Notes: generated from the letters alone by a model not told the origin. DNA of 64,000 nucleotides from an uncultured Bacillota bacterium (GCA_945867665.1 CAMBIR010000001.1:168578-232577); one strand, 5' to 3'; shown: positions 1-9,969, counted from the first letter of the stretch. Numbers and translations: made by a program.

Positions 1-657
1 AGCTTCTAGTTTATAAGTTCCATCATGATCAGGTGTAAAGGTTTGGGATGAACCTGTATAAGAATATGTTATTGAATTCGTATTAAAAGTAATACTATTA
101 TCTTTAACTGATACATATCTTGAAGTGGTATCGTCATAGTAATAGTCAACTTCGTTAGTCGTTCCTGAAATTAATTTTTTTCCACCTAAGTATTCAATGC
201 TATCCGTACTTTTCTCTGAAGAAGATACTCCTACATTTACTTTAATGGATGAGGAAGTATTGTTTTTGATAATAATGGTTGCTGTTTTATTAGCAGATGA
301 ATCAATGCTATCAGTAGTTGGGGTATCATTTTCCATACTTCTAGCAATAATAATTTTATCATTTTTTTCTGATGGGATAACCATTTGATACCAAACACCA
401 TAGTATGCATTATTACTGCTACTATTTTTAATATTTACATTAAATATTTTGTAGTCATTTGCTTCTACTACAACTTCTTCATATTCTTCAATATTACTAA
501 TTCCAATATTGAAGGATAAGTTTAGACTTACGATATCTTTTCCTGTTGTTCCTCCAGCGGCAAATTTAGCATAGGTTCCTTTTATTCCTATTCCTGCTAA
601 ACATATTACTAATAATAGTAATAAATACATTGCTTTTTTTCTCGGTATACTCTTCAT
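1..657 (-). CDS. Surface/secreted protein (partial, runs off left edge) with SipW-type signal peptide and start of a glycine-rich domain
   Basis: Not in ORF track. Open frame from ATG at 657, RBS AGAGGTGA just upstream: MKSIPRKKAMYLLLLLVICLAGIGIKGTYAKF...YSYTGSSQTFTPDHDGTYKLEA. The last segment resembles the start of Gly-rich (xGxYKLExWGAQGG-type) domains. Confidence 0.75.
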   Translation of the reverse strand, partial: MKSIPRKKAMYLLLLLVICLAGIGIKGTYAKFAAGGTTGKDIVSLNLSFNIGISNIEEYEEVVVEANDYKIFNVNIKNSSSNNAYYGVWYQMVIPSEKNDKIIIARSMENDTPTTDSIDSSANKTATIIIKNNTSSSIKVNVGVSSSEKSTDSIEYLGGKKLISGTTNEVDYYYDDTTSRYVSVKDNSITFNTNSITYSYTGSSQTFTPDHDGTYKLEA

Positions 658-748
658 CTTACTCACCTCTATTGTTACTTTAATGATAACAAAAGAGAAG
701 AAAAAAAGCAATGTTTTTTCTTGATAGTTAACATTACTTTTTAGTAAA

Positions 749-1279
749 CTATAGACTTTTAAAGTAGGGATTATTTTGTATTTCAAAATCTAAGGTTGTT
801 TTTTCTCCATGTCCAGGATAGAGTGTTATTTCCTTAGGGTATTGTTTTATTTTTTTAATACTAGATAGCATTTCTTGAAAGTTTCCCCCTTCTAAATCAC
901 ATCTACCTATGGTTGTTTTAAAAACAAAATCCCCAACAAACATTACTTTTTCTTCTTTAAAATAGTAAGAGACTGAATCTTTGCTATGTCCTTTAGTAAA
1001 AAGTACTTCTAGGGAAAAGGGACCAATATTTAATCTACCTTCTTCTAGATTATCATACGAATAGACTGGATAATGGAATTTTTCTTCTAATTTTTTTAAA
1101 GCACCAATATGGTCGAAGTGATGATGGGTGATGAGTATTCCTAAAATTTTATAATCTTTGATAAAATTTATAATTTTTTCATCCTCATCCCCGGGATCAA
1201 TTAATAAACATTTGTTATCTTTTTCTAGTAAATAGCAATTACATTTTAACATTCCTACTTCTATTTTACTAATTTTCAT
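749..1279 (-). CDS. MBL-fold metallo-hydrolase (glyoxalase II/YqgX-like)
   Basis: THHHFDHIG, GHS, GDF and PGHG motifs; ATG at 1279 follows an AGGTGA RBS. Confidence 0.9.
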   Translation of the reverse strand: MKISKIEVGMLKCNCYLLEKDNKCLLIDPGDEDEKIINFIKDYKILGILITHHHFDHIGALKKLEEKFHYPVYSYDNLEEGRLNIGPFSLEVLFTKGHSKDSVSYYFKEEKVMFVGDFVFKTTIGRCDLEGGNFQEMLSSIKKIKQYPKEITLYPGHGEKTTLDFEIQNNPYFKSL

Positions 1280-1328
1280 TTTTATCACCTTTTTTAGTAT
1301 AACACATAAAAAAAGAAATGGGCATGTT

Positions 1329-2222
1329 TTAATTCATACCAAACACTTCTTTTAAAAGTAAGTATTCTTCAACACTAATTTTATTTAAAATACTAACGTT
1401 AGATAAGTCAATACTCCTTAAGTTATTTACTTGTAATTTTAGACAAATACTTTTTAGCATTTTATTTTCTTTTAAGGTATAACCATTCATCATTTTGGCA
1501 TGAATATCTTCTTCTAGAATTTGATAGTTTAGAAAGATATTTTCAGCATTACTATCTTCAAAGATGATATTACAATCTTCTCCATGAATATAGAGTGTAT
1601 CTCCTTTAAAGTTTAGAAGTTCTTCTTTCGTCATTAGGGGCTTTTTTGTTAATTTAGGAGTTTCTTTTTTTCTTTGCCTACTTTTTAGATTTGGTACTTT
1701 TAATTTAAAACTTAATGGTTGTTGTTCTTTTAACTTATCTTTATTTTCAAATAAAAAGTACCCGATGTAAGTAAGATTGATACCAATTAAATAAAGAAGA
1801 AATAACACCATACTTAAATCAATAAAGTTAACCGCATTACTAATTGACATTAAATACAGGCTATCATATTTATTTCCTAAAACAACTGCTATAGTTGCTC
1901 CAAAGATAATCATCGTTAGAATGAAGAGAAAATAGTTTAGAAATTTATAAACTGGTTTTACTTTTTTATTCATTGTAAATAAAATAATGCTATTAATTAT
2001 TGCTACTATAACAAGATAGGTTTTGACGGATAAGTATTTTAGAGCAAAAATATTTTTAATGATTCCATTTATATAATTATAAGTTAAAATACTTATTAAG
2101 AGATAAATGACAATAAAGGCTATTTGATATTTTTTTTCTATTTTATATTTTTTTAGGGTTAATATTAAAGTAAGTAGTGTCAAAATATTTAAAATAAGAT
2201 AACTAGGATTTATACTAAGCAT
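1329..2222 (-). CDS. Uncharacterised multi-pass membrane protein with soluble C-terminal domain (paralog of next gene)
   Basis: About 5 hydrophobic helices, then a charged C-terminal domain; AGGAGG RBS; similar to 2236..3402. Confidence 0.75.
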   Translation of the reverse strand: MLSINPSYLILNILTLLTLILTLKKYKIEKKYQIAFIVIYLLISILTYNYINGIIKNIFALKYLSVKTYLVIVAIINSIILFTMNKKVKPVYKFLNYFLFILTMIIFGATIAVVLGNKYDSLYLMSISNAVNFIDLSMVLFLLYLIGINLTYIGYFLFENKDKLKEQQPLSFKLKVPNLKSRQRKKETPKLTKKPLMTKEELLNFKGDTLYIHGEDCNIIFEDSNAENIFLNYQILEEDIHAKMMNGYTLKENKMLKSICLKLQVNNLRSIDLSNVSILNKISVEEYLLLKEVFGMN

Positions 2223-2235
2223 ATTTCTTCCTCCT

Positions 2236-3402
2236 TTAATTAGAGTAGTTTTTTAACATTCTTTTGAATAGATTGTAATTCTTGCTTGAATATTTAGTAA
2301 TAAGGCGATATTCTAAATCTTTATCAATATGAAGAGAATTACTTTGATTATGTTCTTTAATATCCTTTAGCATTTTATTAAAGATTCGATAATCATTTAG
2401 GGTATAAGTATCTTTTTCACTGGTAACTTTTTTCTCTTCTTGAATATATGGTAGAGTATTATTGATTATTTGATCGAAAAAGCTATTATTGGTGTTTGGG
2501 GTAATAATTTGTTTTTCTGTCTCTTTAGGAATAAAAGAACTTAAATCAAAGGTAGAGGTTCTTTCAACATTAAAATTTGTTTGTATTGTTGGTTGTTTTT
2601 CTTGGAATGATGCGTTTGAAAAATTAATCATTGCCTCATCTTCTTGTGGAATTTTTCGTGGCATAGTTGGAATAAAGTGATATGCGTATACTGGCTCTTC
2701 TTGGATTTTTTTGTTAGAAGAGACTGCTTTTTCTTGTTCTTGACTGTTATTTATTTCCTCTTTTCTAGGCGTATTTTCATACTCTAAAATAGGTTTTTCG
2801 TTAGAAGATAGTTCCTTTTGTTCTTTTTTTAGAATAATCCTATCGCCTAAGGTATTACTTAAATAGATGATTGCTAAAGTTAAAAGCCAAAATACAAAAA
2901 TAATAACACTAAGTTCTAGTAAGATGATTAAGTTTTTATTAGAAAATAAAGAAGTTTTTTTGAAGATATCTACTTTTGTGGTGGTAAGTAATTCTAAAAT
3001 AAGCGCAAAGATAAAGTTTTGAATCAAGAAGAATGTTCCATGAACAGTTTTATAAATGTGGGTGGTATGAATATTGATTAGGCTGCCAATAATGGTAATA
3101 TTCATCAATAAATAGATAAATAAGTAAAAGTAAGTAGAAGGAAAATAGATATTTTTAAATAAATCATCCATAAGACTATTTCCTAATTTGGTTAGAGAAC
3201 TCATATTAAGATAGATAATGGAAAGAATTAGAATTGTATTTGCAATTATAGATAAAAGAAAGAATGTTTTTTTACTAATTTTATTTTTATGGCATAAAAT
3301 ACTTAAAAATATAATTATTCCTAAGAAGGCTAAGTTTATCCAAGAAGTATTTGCAACAGAAATTAGACTTCCTATTTTTTCAAATATACTCGTATATTTC
3401 AT
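2236..3402 (-). CDS. Uncharacterised multi-pass membrane protein with low-complexity linker and C-terminal domain
   Basis: About 5 TM helices, E/Q/N-rich linker, C-terminal YTLxxY..NKMLKxI motif; GGGGG RBS; 11 bp from the sortase gene. Confidence 0.75.
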   Translation of the reverse strand: MKYTSIFEKIGSLISVANTSWINLAFLGIIIFLSILCHKNKISKKTFFLLSIIANTILILSIIYLNMSSLTKLGNSLMDDLFKNIYFPSTYFYLFIYLLMNITIIGSLINIHTTHIYKTVHGTFFLIQNFIFALILELLTTTKVDIFKKTSLFSNKNLIILLELSVIIFVFWLLTLAIIYLSNTLGDRIILKKEQKELSSNEKPILEYENTPRKEEINNSQEQEKAVSSNKKIQEEPVYAYHFIPTMPRKIPQEDEAMINFSNASFQEKQPTIQTNFNVERTSTFDLSSFIPKETEKQIITPNTNNSFFDQIINNTLPYIQEEKKVTSEKDTYTLNDYRIFNKMLKDIKEHNQSNSLHIDKDLEYRLITKYSSKNYNLFKRMLKNYSN

Positions 3403-3413
3403 AATATTTCCCC

Positions 3414-4070
3414 CTATTCTACATTTTCTAGTTCTAAAATATAGATTGTTTGTTTGGTTTCATCATCTTTTGTACACGTAATTAAAGTTAAGCATGTTTT
3501 GCTCTCATCTCGGTAAATAGTTACGGTTCCATCTTTGGTATCATCATAAATATTCACAATTTTATAATGGTATTTTTTATTTTCGTAAGTGATTGTTGCT
3601 GTATCTCCTACTTCTAATTGATAAAGAAGAGCAAAATAACTGTTGCTGTAATTTCCAGAGTGACCGATGATAATTGTATTTCCTTTCTCTTCATTTGGAT
3701 AATTAGAAGAGTCTAAAATTTTAATATTAAATTTAACGTTATTTAAACTAGATTCTTTTCGATAAAAACCTTTACTAAAGTTAATTTTTGGAATTTCTAA
3801 AATTCCTACGTAGGTTTCATAATCTGTTATTTGCGTTGTTGTTTTTTCTTCTTTTTTCTCCTCTTCTTTTTTTAATTCCTCTTGTTTTTTTGCTTCAATG
3901 GCTTTTGCTTTTTCTTCTTCTTCATTTAAGAGACGGGTTAATTCTAAATTGGTTTGACTAAATACTTTTTCTCTTTTTTCTACAACATAATCATTTAATA
4001 GTAAGGAGATGCCTATTGTAATTAAGATTAAACTAAATAAAATTTTTTTCTTTAATTTTTTCTCATTCAT
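3414..4070 (-). CDS. Sortase (class D/E-like, N-terminal membrane anchor)
   Basis: N-terminal TM, GILEIPKI, catalytic His in IIGHSG and TLITC signature. Confidence 0.9.
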   Translation of the reverse strand: MNEKKLKKKILFSLILITIGISLLLNDYVVEKREKVFSQTNLELTRLLNEEEEKAKAIEAKKQEELKKEEEKKEEKTTTQITDYETYVGILEIPKINFSKGFYRKESSLNNVKFNIKILDSSNYPNEEKGNTIIIGHSGNYSNSYFALLYQLEVGDTATITYENKKYHYKIVNIYDDTKDGTVTIYRDESKTCLTLITCTKDDETKQTIYILELENVE

Positions 4071-4160
4071 TTTATCACCTACCCTACATAATTGTTATGT
4101 ATTTTTTAACCCCTTGTTTCTTTTGTTTCTTTTTTTGTCTTTTTCTTTAATTGGTTAACT

Positions 4161-4189
4161 ATTTTAACACTAATCTAAATAGATGTCAA
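4161..4189 (-). promoter_or_regulatory. sigmaA promoter of the sortase operon
   Basis: TTGACA (4189-4184), 17 bp, TGtTAAAAT (-10 at 4166-4161). Confidence 0.7.
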
Positions 4190-4217
4190 GGGGATATTTT
4201 TAACTTTCGGCGAACTT

Positions 4218-4258
4218 TTAGCAATTAGCATTGACAATTGCTAAAAAAGTGCTATAAT
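4218..4258 (+). promoter_or_regulatory. CIRCE-like operator overlapping the sigmaA promoter of clpB
   Basis: Perfect inverted repeat TTAGCAATT-N9-AATTGCTAA (4218-4244) covering TTGACA (4231-4236); extended -10 TGcTATAAT (TATAAT 4253-4258). Confidence 0.85.
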
Positions 4259-4290
4259 AGGTTTATATTTTTAAGAAAGGTGGGATAATT

Positions 4291-6396
4291 ATGCAAAATG
4301 ATTCTACGCTAGAAGAAGTAAAACCTCTTCAAAAATATGGACGAGATATCACTGAAATGGTTCGTGATGGAAAGATTGATCCTGTCATTGGAAGAGATGA
4401 AGAAATTAGAAGTATTACTAGAATTTTATCTAGGAAAACGAAGAATAATCCTGTATTAATTGGTGAGGCTGGTGTTGGAAAAACCGCTATTGTTGAAGGA
4501 CTTGCCAGTCGTATTATTAAAGGAGATGTTCCTAATAGTTTAAAAGGAAAGACTGTGTGGGAGCTTGATATGGGTTCTTTAATTGCTGGAGCAAAATATC
4601 GTGGTGAATTTGAAGAGCGGTTAAAAGCAGTCTTGAAAGAAGTAAAAAATAGTGATGGCAATATCATTATGTTTATTGATGAGATTCATATGATTGTTGG
4701 TTCTGGTGGTGCCGATGGGGCAATGGATGCTGGAAATATGTTAAAACCAATGCTTGCTAGAGGTGAAATTCATTGTATTGGTGCTACAACCTTAAATGAA
4801 TATCGTAAGTATATTGAAAAAGATGGTGCCTTGGAGAGGAGATTCCAAAAAGTACAAGTGAATGAGCCTAGCGTTATTGATACTATTACTATTTTAAGGG
4901 GCTTGAAGCCTAGATTTGAAGTTTATCATGGCGTAAATATTAAAGACCGGGCATTGGTAGCGGCGGCTACTTTATCAGATCGTTATATTACAAGTCGTTT
5001 TTTACCAGATAAAGCAATTGATTTGGTCGATGAGGCATGTGCTACAATTAAAGTGCAAATGGAATCTGTCCCTACTGAGTTAGATGCACTTACGAGAAAG
5101 ATTATGCGCCTGCAAATTGAAATGGAAGCCTTAAAAAAAGAAAAAGACGATATCTCTAAAGCCAGAAAATTAGAGATTGAAAAAAGTTTAAGTACTTTAC
5201 GTGCTAAAGAAAAAGAAATTAGTGCGGCTTGGGAAGATGAGAAAAGGGTTAATAGTGCTATTAGTAAAAAGAAAGAGGAAATTGAAAAAGCAAATTACAA
5301 GTTGGAGATTGCTGAGGCAAATTATGATTTAGAAGCAGCGGCTCGCCTACGTCATGGAGTCATTCCTAAACTAGAAAGTGAACTTTTGGAATTGAACAAA
5401 CAAAATAAAAATGATATTTTGTCTGATACAGTCGATGAAGAAAATATTGCCGCGATTATTTCAAAATGGACGGGAATTCCTGTACAAAAGCTAGTTGGTA
5501 GTGAACGAGATAAATTGTTGAATCTGGAAGCAAATATGAATAAGCGTGTAATTGGTCAAGAAAATGCAATCCATTTGGTTAGCGAGGCAATTATTCGAGC
5601 AAGAGCTGGAATTAAAGATCCTAAACGTCCGATTGGTTCGTTTATCTTTCTAGGCCCTACTGGTGTTGGAAAAACGGAAGTTGCTAGAACACTTGCCTAT
5701 GAACTTTTTGATGATGAGAGACATATGATTCGTATTGATATGAGTGAATATATGGAACCTCATTCTGTTGCTCGTTTGATTGGCTCTCCTCCAGGATATG
5801 TTGGCTATGATGATGGTGGACAATTGACGGAGGCAGTTCGAAGAAATCCTTATTCCATTATATTGTTTGATGAAATTGAAAAAGCCCATAAAGATGTTTT
5901 CAATATTCTTCTACAAATTTTGGATGATGGAAGAATTACGGATGGTCAAGGAAGAACGGTTGATTTTAAGAATACCATTATTATTATGACTTCTAATTTG
6001 GGAAGTGAATATATCTTGGGTGATAAAGAGAACGCTAATGAGCTGGTTATGCAAGAATTACATCGTACTTTTAAACCTGAGTTTATTAATCGAATTGATG
6101 AAATTATTATTTTCCATTCTCTATCTCGTGATGTCGTTACTAGAATTTTGGATAAGATTGTCTTAGAAATTGAGGATAGACTTCAAGATAAAAGGATTAA
6201 GATTACTCTTACCAATAAGGCTAAGAGCGAGATTATTGATGCTTCTTATGATGAGAACTATGGTGCAAGGCCAATTAAAAGATTTGTTCAAAGAAATATT
6301 GAGTCATTAATTGCTAACTTGATTTTAAATGATAAAATCAAATATAATTCTTCTATTTCTATTGATTATCAGGATGGTAAATTTGTTGTTATGTAA
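4291..6396 (+). CDS. clpB: ClpB disaggregase lacking the N-terminal Clp-repeat domain
   Basis: Two AAA+ modules ([16 protein letters not shown]), [14 protein letters not shown], coiled-coil M domain, [12 protein letters not shown]. Confidence 0.93.
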   Translation: MQNDSTLEEVKPLQKYGRDITEMVRDGKIDPVIGRDEEIRSITRILSRKTKNNPVLIGEAGVGKTAIVEGLASRIIKGDVPNSLKGKTVWELDMGSLIAGAKYRGEFEERLKAVLKEVKNSDGNIIMFIDEIHMIVGSGGADGAMDAGNMLKPMLARGEIHCIGATTLNEYRKYIEKDGALERRFQKVQVNEPSVIDTITILRGLKPRFEVYHGVNIKDRALVAAATLSDRYITSRFLPDKAIDLVDEACATIKVQMESVPTELDALTRKIMRLQIEMEALKKEKDDISKARKLEIEKSLSTLRAKEKEISAAWEDEKRVNSAISKKKEEIEKANYKLEIAEANYDLEAAARLRHGVIPKLESELLELNKQNKNDILSDTVDEENIAAIISKWTGIPVQKLVGSERDKLLNLEANMNKRVIGQENAIHLVSEAIIRARAGIKDPKRPIGSFIFLGPTGVGKTEVARTLAYELFDDERHMIRIDMSEYMEPHSVARLIGSPPGYVGYDDGGQLTEAVRRNPYSIILFDEIEKAHKDVFNILLQILDDGRITDGQGRTVDFKNTIIIMTSNLGSEYILGDKENANELVMQELHRTFKPEFINRIDEIIIFHSLSRDVVTRILDKIVLEIEDRLQDKRIKITLTNKAKSEIIDASYDENYGARPIKRFVQRNIESLIANLILNDKIKYNSSISIDYQDGKFVVM

Positions 6397-6420
6397 AAAT
6401 ACTTCTAGAGATAATAGTTA

Positions 6421-6456
6421 AAAAATATAGAGCCTAACGAGGGGTTCTATATTTTT
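6421..6456. terminator. Bidirectional intrinsic terminator (clpB/cse60)
   Basis: AAAAATATAGAGCC-loop-GGTTCTATATTTTT hairpin between convergent genes. Confidence 0.7.
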
Positions 6457-6625
6457 ATTTGTACAATATCAAAGCTGAGAAACAATAAATTTGTTCTTCT
6501 CCATAGATGGCATTAGAAACACTAAACTTGATATCTATAATATCGGGTTCTTTTTCTTTGATAAAGTTATTGATATCTTCTTCTAAATCTTTTTCGTGCG
6601 ATTCATCAAATAGTTTTACTTTCAA
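6455..6625 (-). CDS. cse60: Sporulation protein Cse60 (DUF2758)
   Basis: KVKLFDESHEKDLEEDIN...DIKFSV...EQIYCFSALILY matches the Bacillus Cse60 pattern. Probable TTG start at 6625 after GGTGA; CATATAAA -10 upstream. Confidence 0.8.
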   Translation of the reverse strand: MKVKLFDESHEKDLEEDINNFIKEKEPDIIDIKFSVSNAIYGEEQIYCFSALILYK

Positions 6626-6731
6626 AATAATCACCACTTTTATTTTATATGAAAACTTCTGAATTTTTTGTCATTTTTTTGTTCTTTTAATAAATATTTG
6701 CTATAGAAAAACCACTTTATTACAAAGTGGT

Positions 6732-7190
6732 CTATACTTGATAGTATATTTCTTTTTTCTCTCCTGCATCAGTTTGGTATTCTATCCATACTTTTAAGTT
6801 TAATTTTAAGTCACTTATATTTTTTGTTGTTTCAATTGTTCCTGATAATTCTAATTTATTTTTTTCTTGACTATTTATTAATAGTTCTTCTACTTCGTCA
6901 AAAAGGCCGATTGTTGGAAAAATATTTTCATTGCTATAATTATTTACAACCATAGCCTTAATCTCATGCATATTTTCTTTTGGATTTTGGAAAAGTACTT
7001 GATAATCTACGGTCTGATTATCTTTTCTTTCTAGATTTACAATAATATCTAATGGAATAGATTTGGTATAATGATCTATTTCAAGTAAATTATTTTTATA
7101 GGCAATATAATTATTTTTTGACTGTTCTTCTTTATTTTCACAACCTGATAGAATAATAACTATTAGAATTAAATAACTAATTTTTTTCAT
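6732..7190 (-). CDS. Lipoprotein, unknown function
   Basis: Signal peptide with lipobox LSGC. Confidence 0.75.
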   Translation of the reverse strand: MKKISYLILIVIILSGCENKEEQSKNNYIAYKNNLLEIDHYTKSIPLDIIVNLERKDNQTVDYQVLFQNPKENMHEIKAMVVNNYSNENIFPTIGLFDEVEELLINSQEKNKLELSGTIETTKNISDLKLNLKVWIEYQTDAGEKKEIYYQV

Positions 7191-7259
7191 CACTCACCTG
7201 CTTGATATCAGTATACTATAAAATTAATTACTTGTTAAGGGTTTTGCTTTGATTTGACA

Positions 7260-9953
7260 CTAATTATTTTTTAATGTGGTTTTTATTTCATTTAAGTATT
7301 CTGCTAGTTGCGTTGCTTCACTTCCGCCTCCTTGAGCGAAAACTTTACTTCCACCACCATTACCTTTGCATTTTACTGATAATTCTTTTACAATAGCCCC
7401 ACAATTTACTTTATCAGTATTTGCTTTAGCAATAATATTGACATGATTTTCTTTGATATTTGCTAATAGGACGAAACAGTTATCATATTTATTGATGATG
7501 GCATCAGCAATACTTTTCATGCTATCAATATCATAATCTTCTAGAATTACAATACTTGTTTTCATTCCATCAATAATTTCCATATTGGTTGTAAATGCTG
7601 TGATATCCGTAATGGAATTTTGCATTTTTAGCGTTTTGTAATCTTTTTCTAATTTTTTAATGGATTCTTTTAGTTCTTTTAACTTTTCTTTATATGAAAC
7701 AATGCTTTGGTAACTTATCAATTCTTCATCTTCAAACTGATAATCAAAATCTAGGACGATATTTTTTTCTTTGGCTTCTAATAAAATGTTTTTGGCTTTA
7801 GTTAATAGTTTTTTAATTTCTTCTTGATAAGGGTCAATGGCGACTTGGAGCAATTCTTGGATGTGATTTTTTGTTGTTCCTTCCATTCTAAAGGTATCTG
7901 CTCCTTTATTTTCTACAGAAATAATCGCAATTCTTTCGATTTCTTTGGTATTTTTAACGTGAGTACCGGCACATAATTCGATGGAGTCTCCAATTGTTAC
8001 AACGCGAACAACATCGCCATATTTGTCGTCAAAAAGAGCCATAGCGCCTTTTTTCTTGGCTTCTTCTAGAGATAAATATTCTATTTTGGTATCCACGTTT
8101 GCATTTACTCTTTCGTTTACTCTTTCTTCAATTTTCATAATTAAATCATCACTTAGTCTTCCGTGATAAGTAAAGTCAAACCGAAAACTATTTTCATCTA
8201 CTCTACTTCCAGCTTGGTGAACATTACTTCCTAAAAATTCTTGCAATGTTTTTTGAAGTAAATGCGTCGAACTATGATTTTTCATAATTTCTTCCCGGCG
8301 TTCTTGCATAACGTGAGTTAAAATAGTGCTTCCTTTTTTTAAGGTTCCTTCTAAGATATTGACATGCAATAAATGTTGTTTATTAGGAGCTTTGATGACT
8401 TCGTCAACTTCTGCTTTAACAGAGTCATTTTTCAAGTATCCCGTATCATAGATTTGACCACCTGATTCTGCATAAAAGGGATTTTCTTCTAAAAAGACGT
8501 ATCCGGAATCGGTTAATTCGTCAACAAATTCATTATCTTTCATGATATCTAGAACAATTGTTTGATTTCCTAATTTTTCATAGCCAATAAATTTACTTTC
8601 TTTTTTATAGTTCATTAGCAGTTCATTTTGAAGATTCATGCTACTAACTACTTTTCGATTTTGTCTGGCCATTACTTTTTGCATTTCCATATGTTTATAG
8701 AATTCTTCTTTATCTACATTAAATCCTAGTTCAGCGGCATATTCCATTGTTAATTCTATAGGAAAACCATACGTATCATATAACTTGAAAGCATCAGTGC
8801 CAGAGATAGATTTTGACTGATTATTAGAACATAATTCTTGTAGTCTTTTTTCACCAGAAATTAGGGTTTTATGGAATAAATCTTCTTCTTTTGTGATTTC
8901 TTTTTTGATTAATTCTTTGTTTGGTAAAAGGTCGGGGTAAATATTTCCATATTTTTCCATTACAATATCAACTAGTTCTGCTAAGAAGGTACGATTAATA
9001 TTTAACTTTCTACTCATCATGACTGAACGACGTAGTAATCTTCTTAAAACATATCCTCTTCCATAATTTTCAAAAGTCGCCCCATCCGATAAGGCAAATG
9101 TTAGGGTTCTAATATGGTCGGCGATTATTTTGAATTCTTTTTGACCCTCGTATGGAATACCACTTAATTCGGCAATTTTATCTAGAATTGGTAAGAAAAG
9201 GTCGGTTTCATAGTTGGTAAGAGCATCTTGCATGATACAAGCCATTCTCTCTACTCCCATACCGGTATCAATATTTTTACTTGGAAGTTCTTTATATTCT
9301 TCACGAGGAATTCCTTGAATAGCATTATACTGACTAAAAACATTATTCCATATTTCAATATATCTATCATTTTCAATATCTTCTTCTAAAAGACGAATAC
9401 CCAAGTTATCTTTATCAAATTTTTCCCCACGGTCATAAAAGATTTCGCTATCAGGTCCACTTGGTCCTTCCCCAATTTCCCAGTAATTTCCTTCTAATTT
9501 GATAATATGGGTTGGGTCAACACCAAGACTTATCCATAGATTGTAAGCTTCACTGTCTTTAGGATAGACGGTCATATACAATTTATTCTTATCAAAGCCA
9601 AAGTATTTTTCGCTAGTTAAAAGTTCAAAGGCCCAAGTTAGTGCTTCCTTTTTAAAATAGTCACCAACCGAGAAATTTCCTAACATTTGAAAGAAAGTAT
9701 GATGTCTTGCCGTTACCCCAACATTCTCGATATCGTTAGTACGAATACATTTCTGGCAACTTGTCAACCTTCTGTTTTTTGGAACAACACTACCATCAAA
9801 ATATTTTTTTAGTGGGGTTACACCTGCGTTTATCCATAAAACACTAGGGTCATCTTTAGGGATTAGAGAAGCACTTGGTACTTCTAGATGTCCATGACTT
9901 ACGAAAAAGTCAATATATGTTCTTATAATTTGTTCACTTGTCATTTTTTTCAT
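7260..9953 (-). CDS. alaS: Alanine--tRNA ligase
   Basis: NAGV, CQKCIR, RHHTFFQMLGNFS, IDTGMGVER, editing HxxxH/ELCAGTH, C-terminal GGG DHHA1 domain. Confidence 0.97.
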   Translation of the reverse strand: MKKMTSEQIIRTYIDFFVSHGHLEVPSASLIPKDDPSVLWINAGVTPLKKYFDGSVVPKNRRLTSCQKCIRTNDIENVGVTARHHTFFQMLGNFSVGDYFKKEALTWAFELLTSEKYFGFDKNKLYMTVYPKDSEAYNLWISLGVDPTHIIKLEGNYWEIGEGPSGPDSEIFYDRGEKFDKDNLGIRLLEEDIENDRYIEIWNNVFSQYNAIQGIPREEYKELPSKNIDTGMGVERMACIMQDALTNYETDLFLPILDKIAELSGIPYEGQKEFKIIADHIRTLTFALSDGATFENYGRGYVLRRLLRRSVMMSRKLNINRTFLAELVDIVMEKYGNIYPDLLPNKELIKKEITKEEDLFHKTLISGEKRLQELCSNNQSKSISGTDAFKLYDTYGFPIELTMEYAAELGFNVDKEEFYKHMEMQKVMARQNRKVVSSMNLQNELLMNYKKESKFIGYEKLGNQTIVLDIMKDNEFVDELTDSGYVFLEENPFYAESGGQIYDTGYLKNDSVKAEVDEVIKAPNKQHLLHVNILEGTLKKGSTILTHVMQERREEIMKNHSSTHLLQKTLQEFLGSNVHQAGSRVDENSFRFDFTYHGRLSDDLIMKIEERVNERVNANVDTKIEYLSLEEAKKKGAMALFDDKYGDVVRVVTIGDSIELCAGTHVKNTKEIERIAIISVENKGADTFRMEGTTKNHIQELLQVAIDPYQEEIKKLLTKAKNILLEAKEKNIVLDFDYQFEDEELISYQSIVSYKEKLKELKESIKKLEKDYKTLKMQNSITDITAFTTNMEIIDGMKTSIVILEDYDIDSMKSIADAIINKYDNCFVLLANIKENHVNIIAKANTDKVNCGAIVKELSVKCKGNGGGSKVFAQGGGSEATQLAEYLNEIKTTLKNN

Positions 9954-9969
9954 TGTTATCACTACTCCA

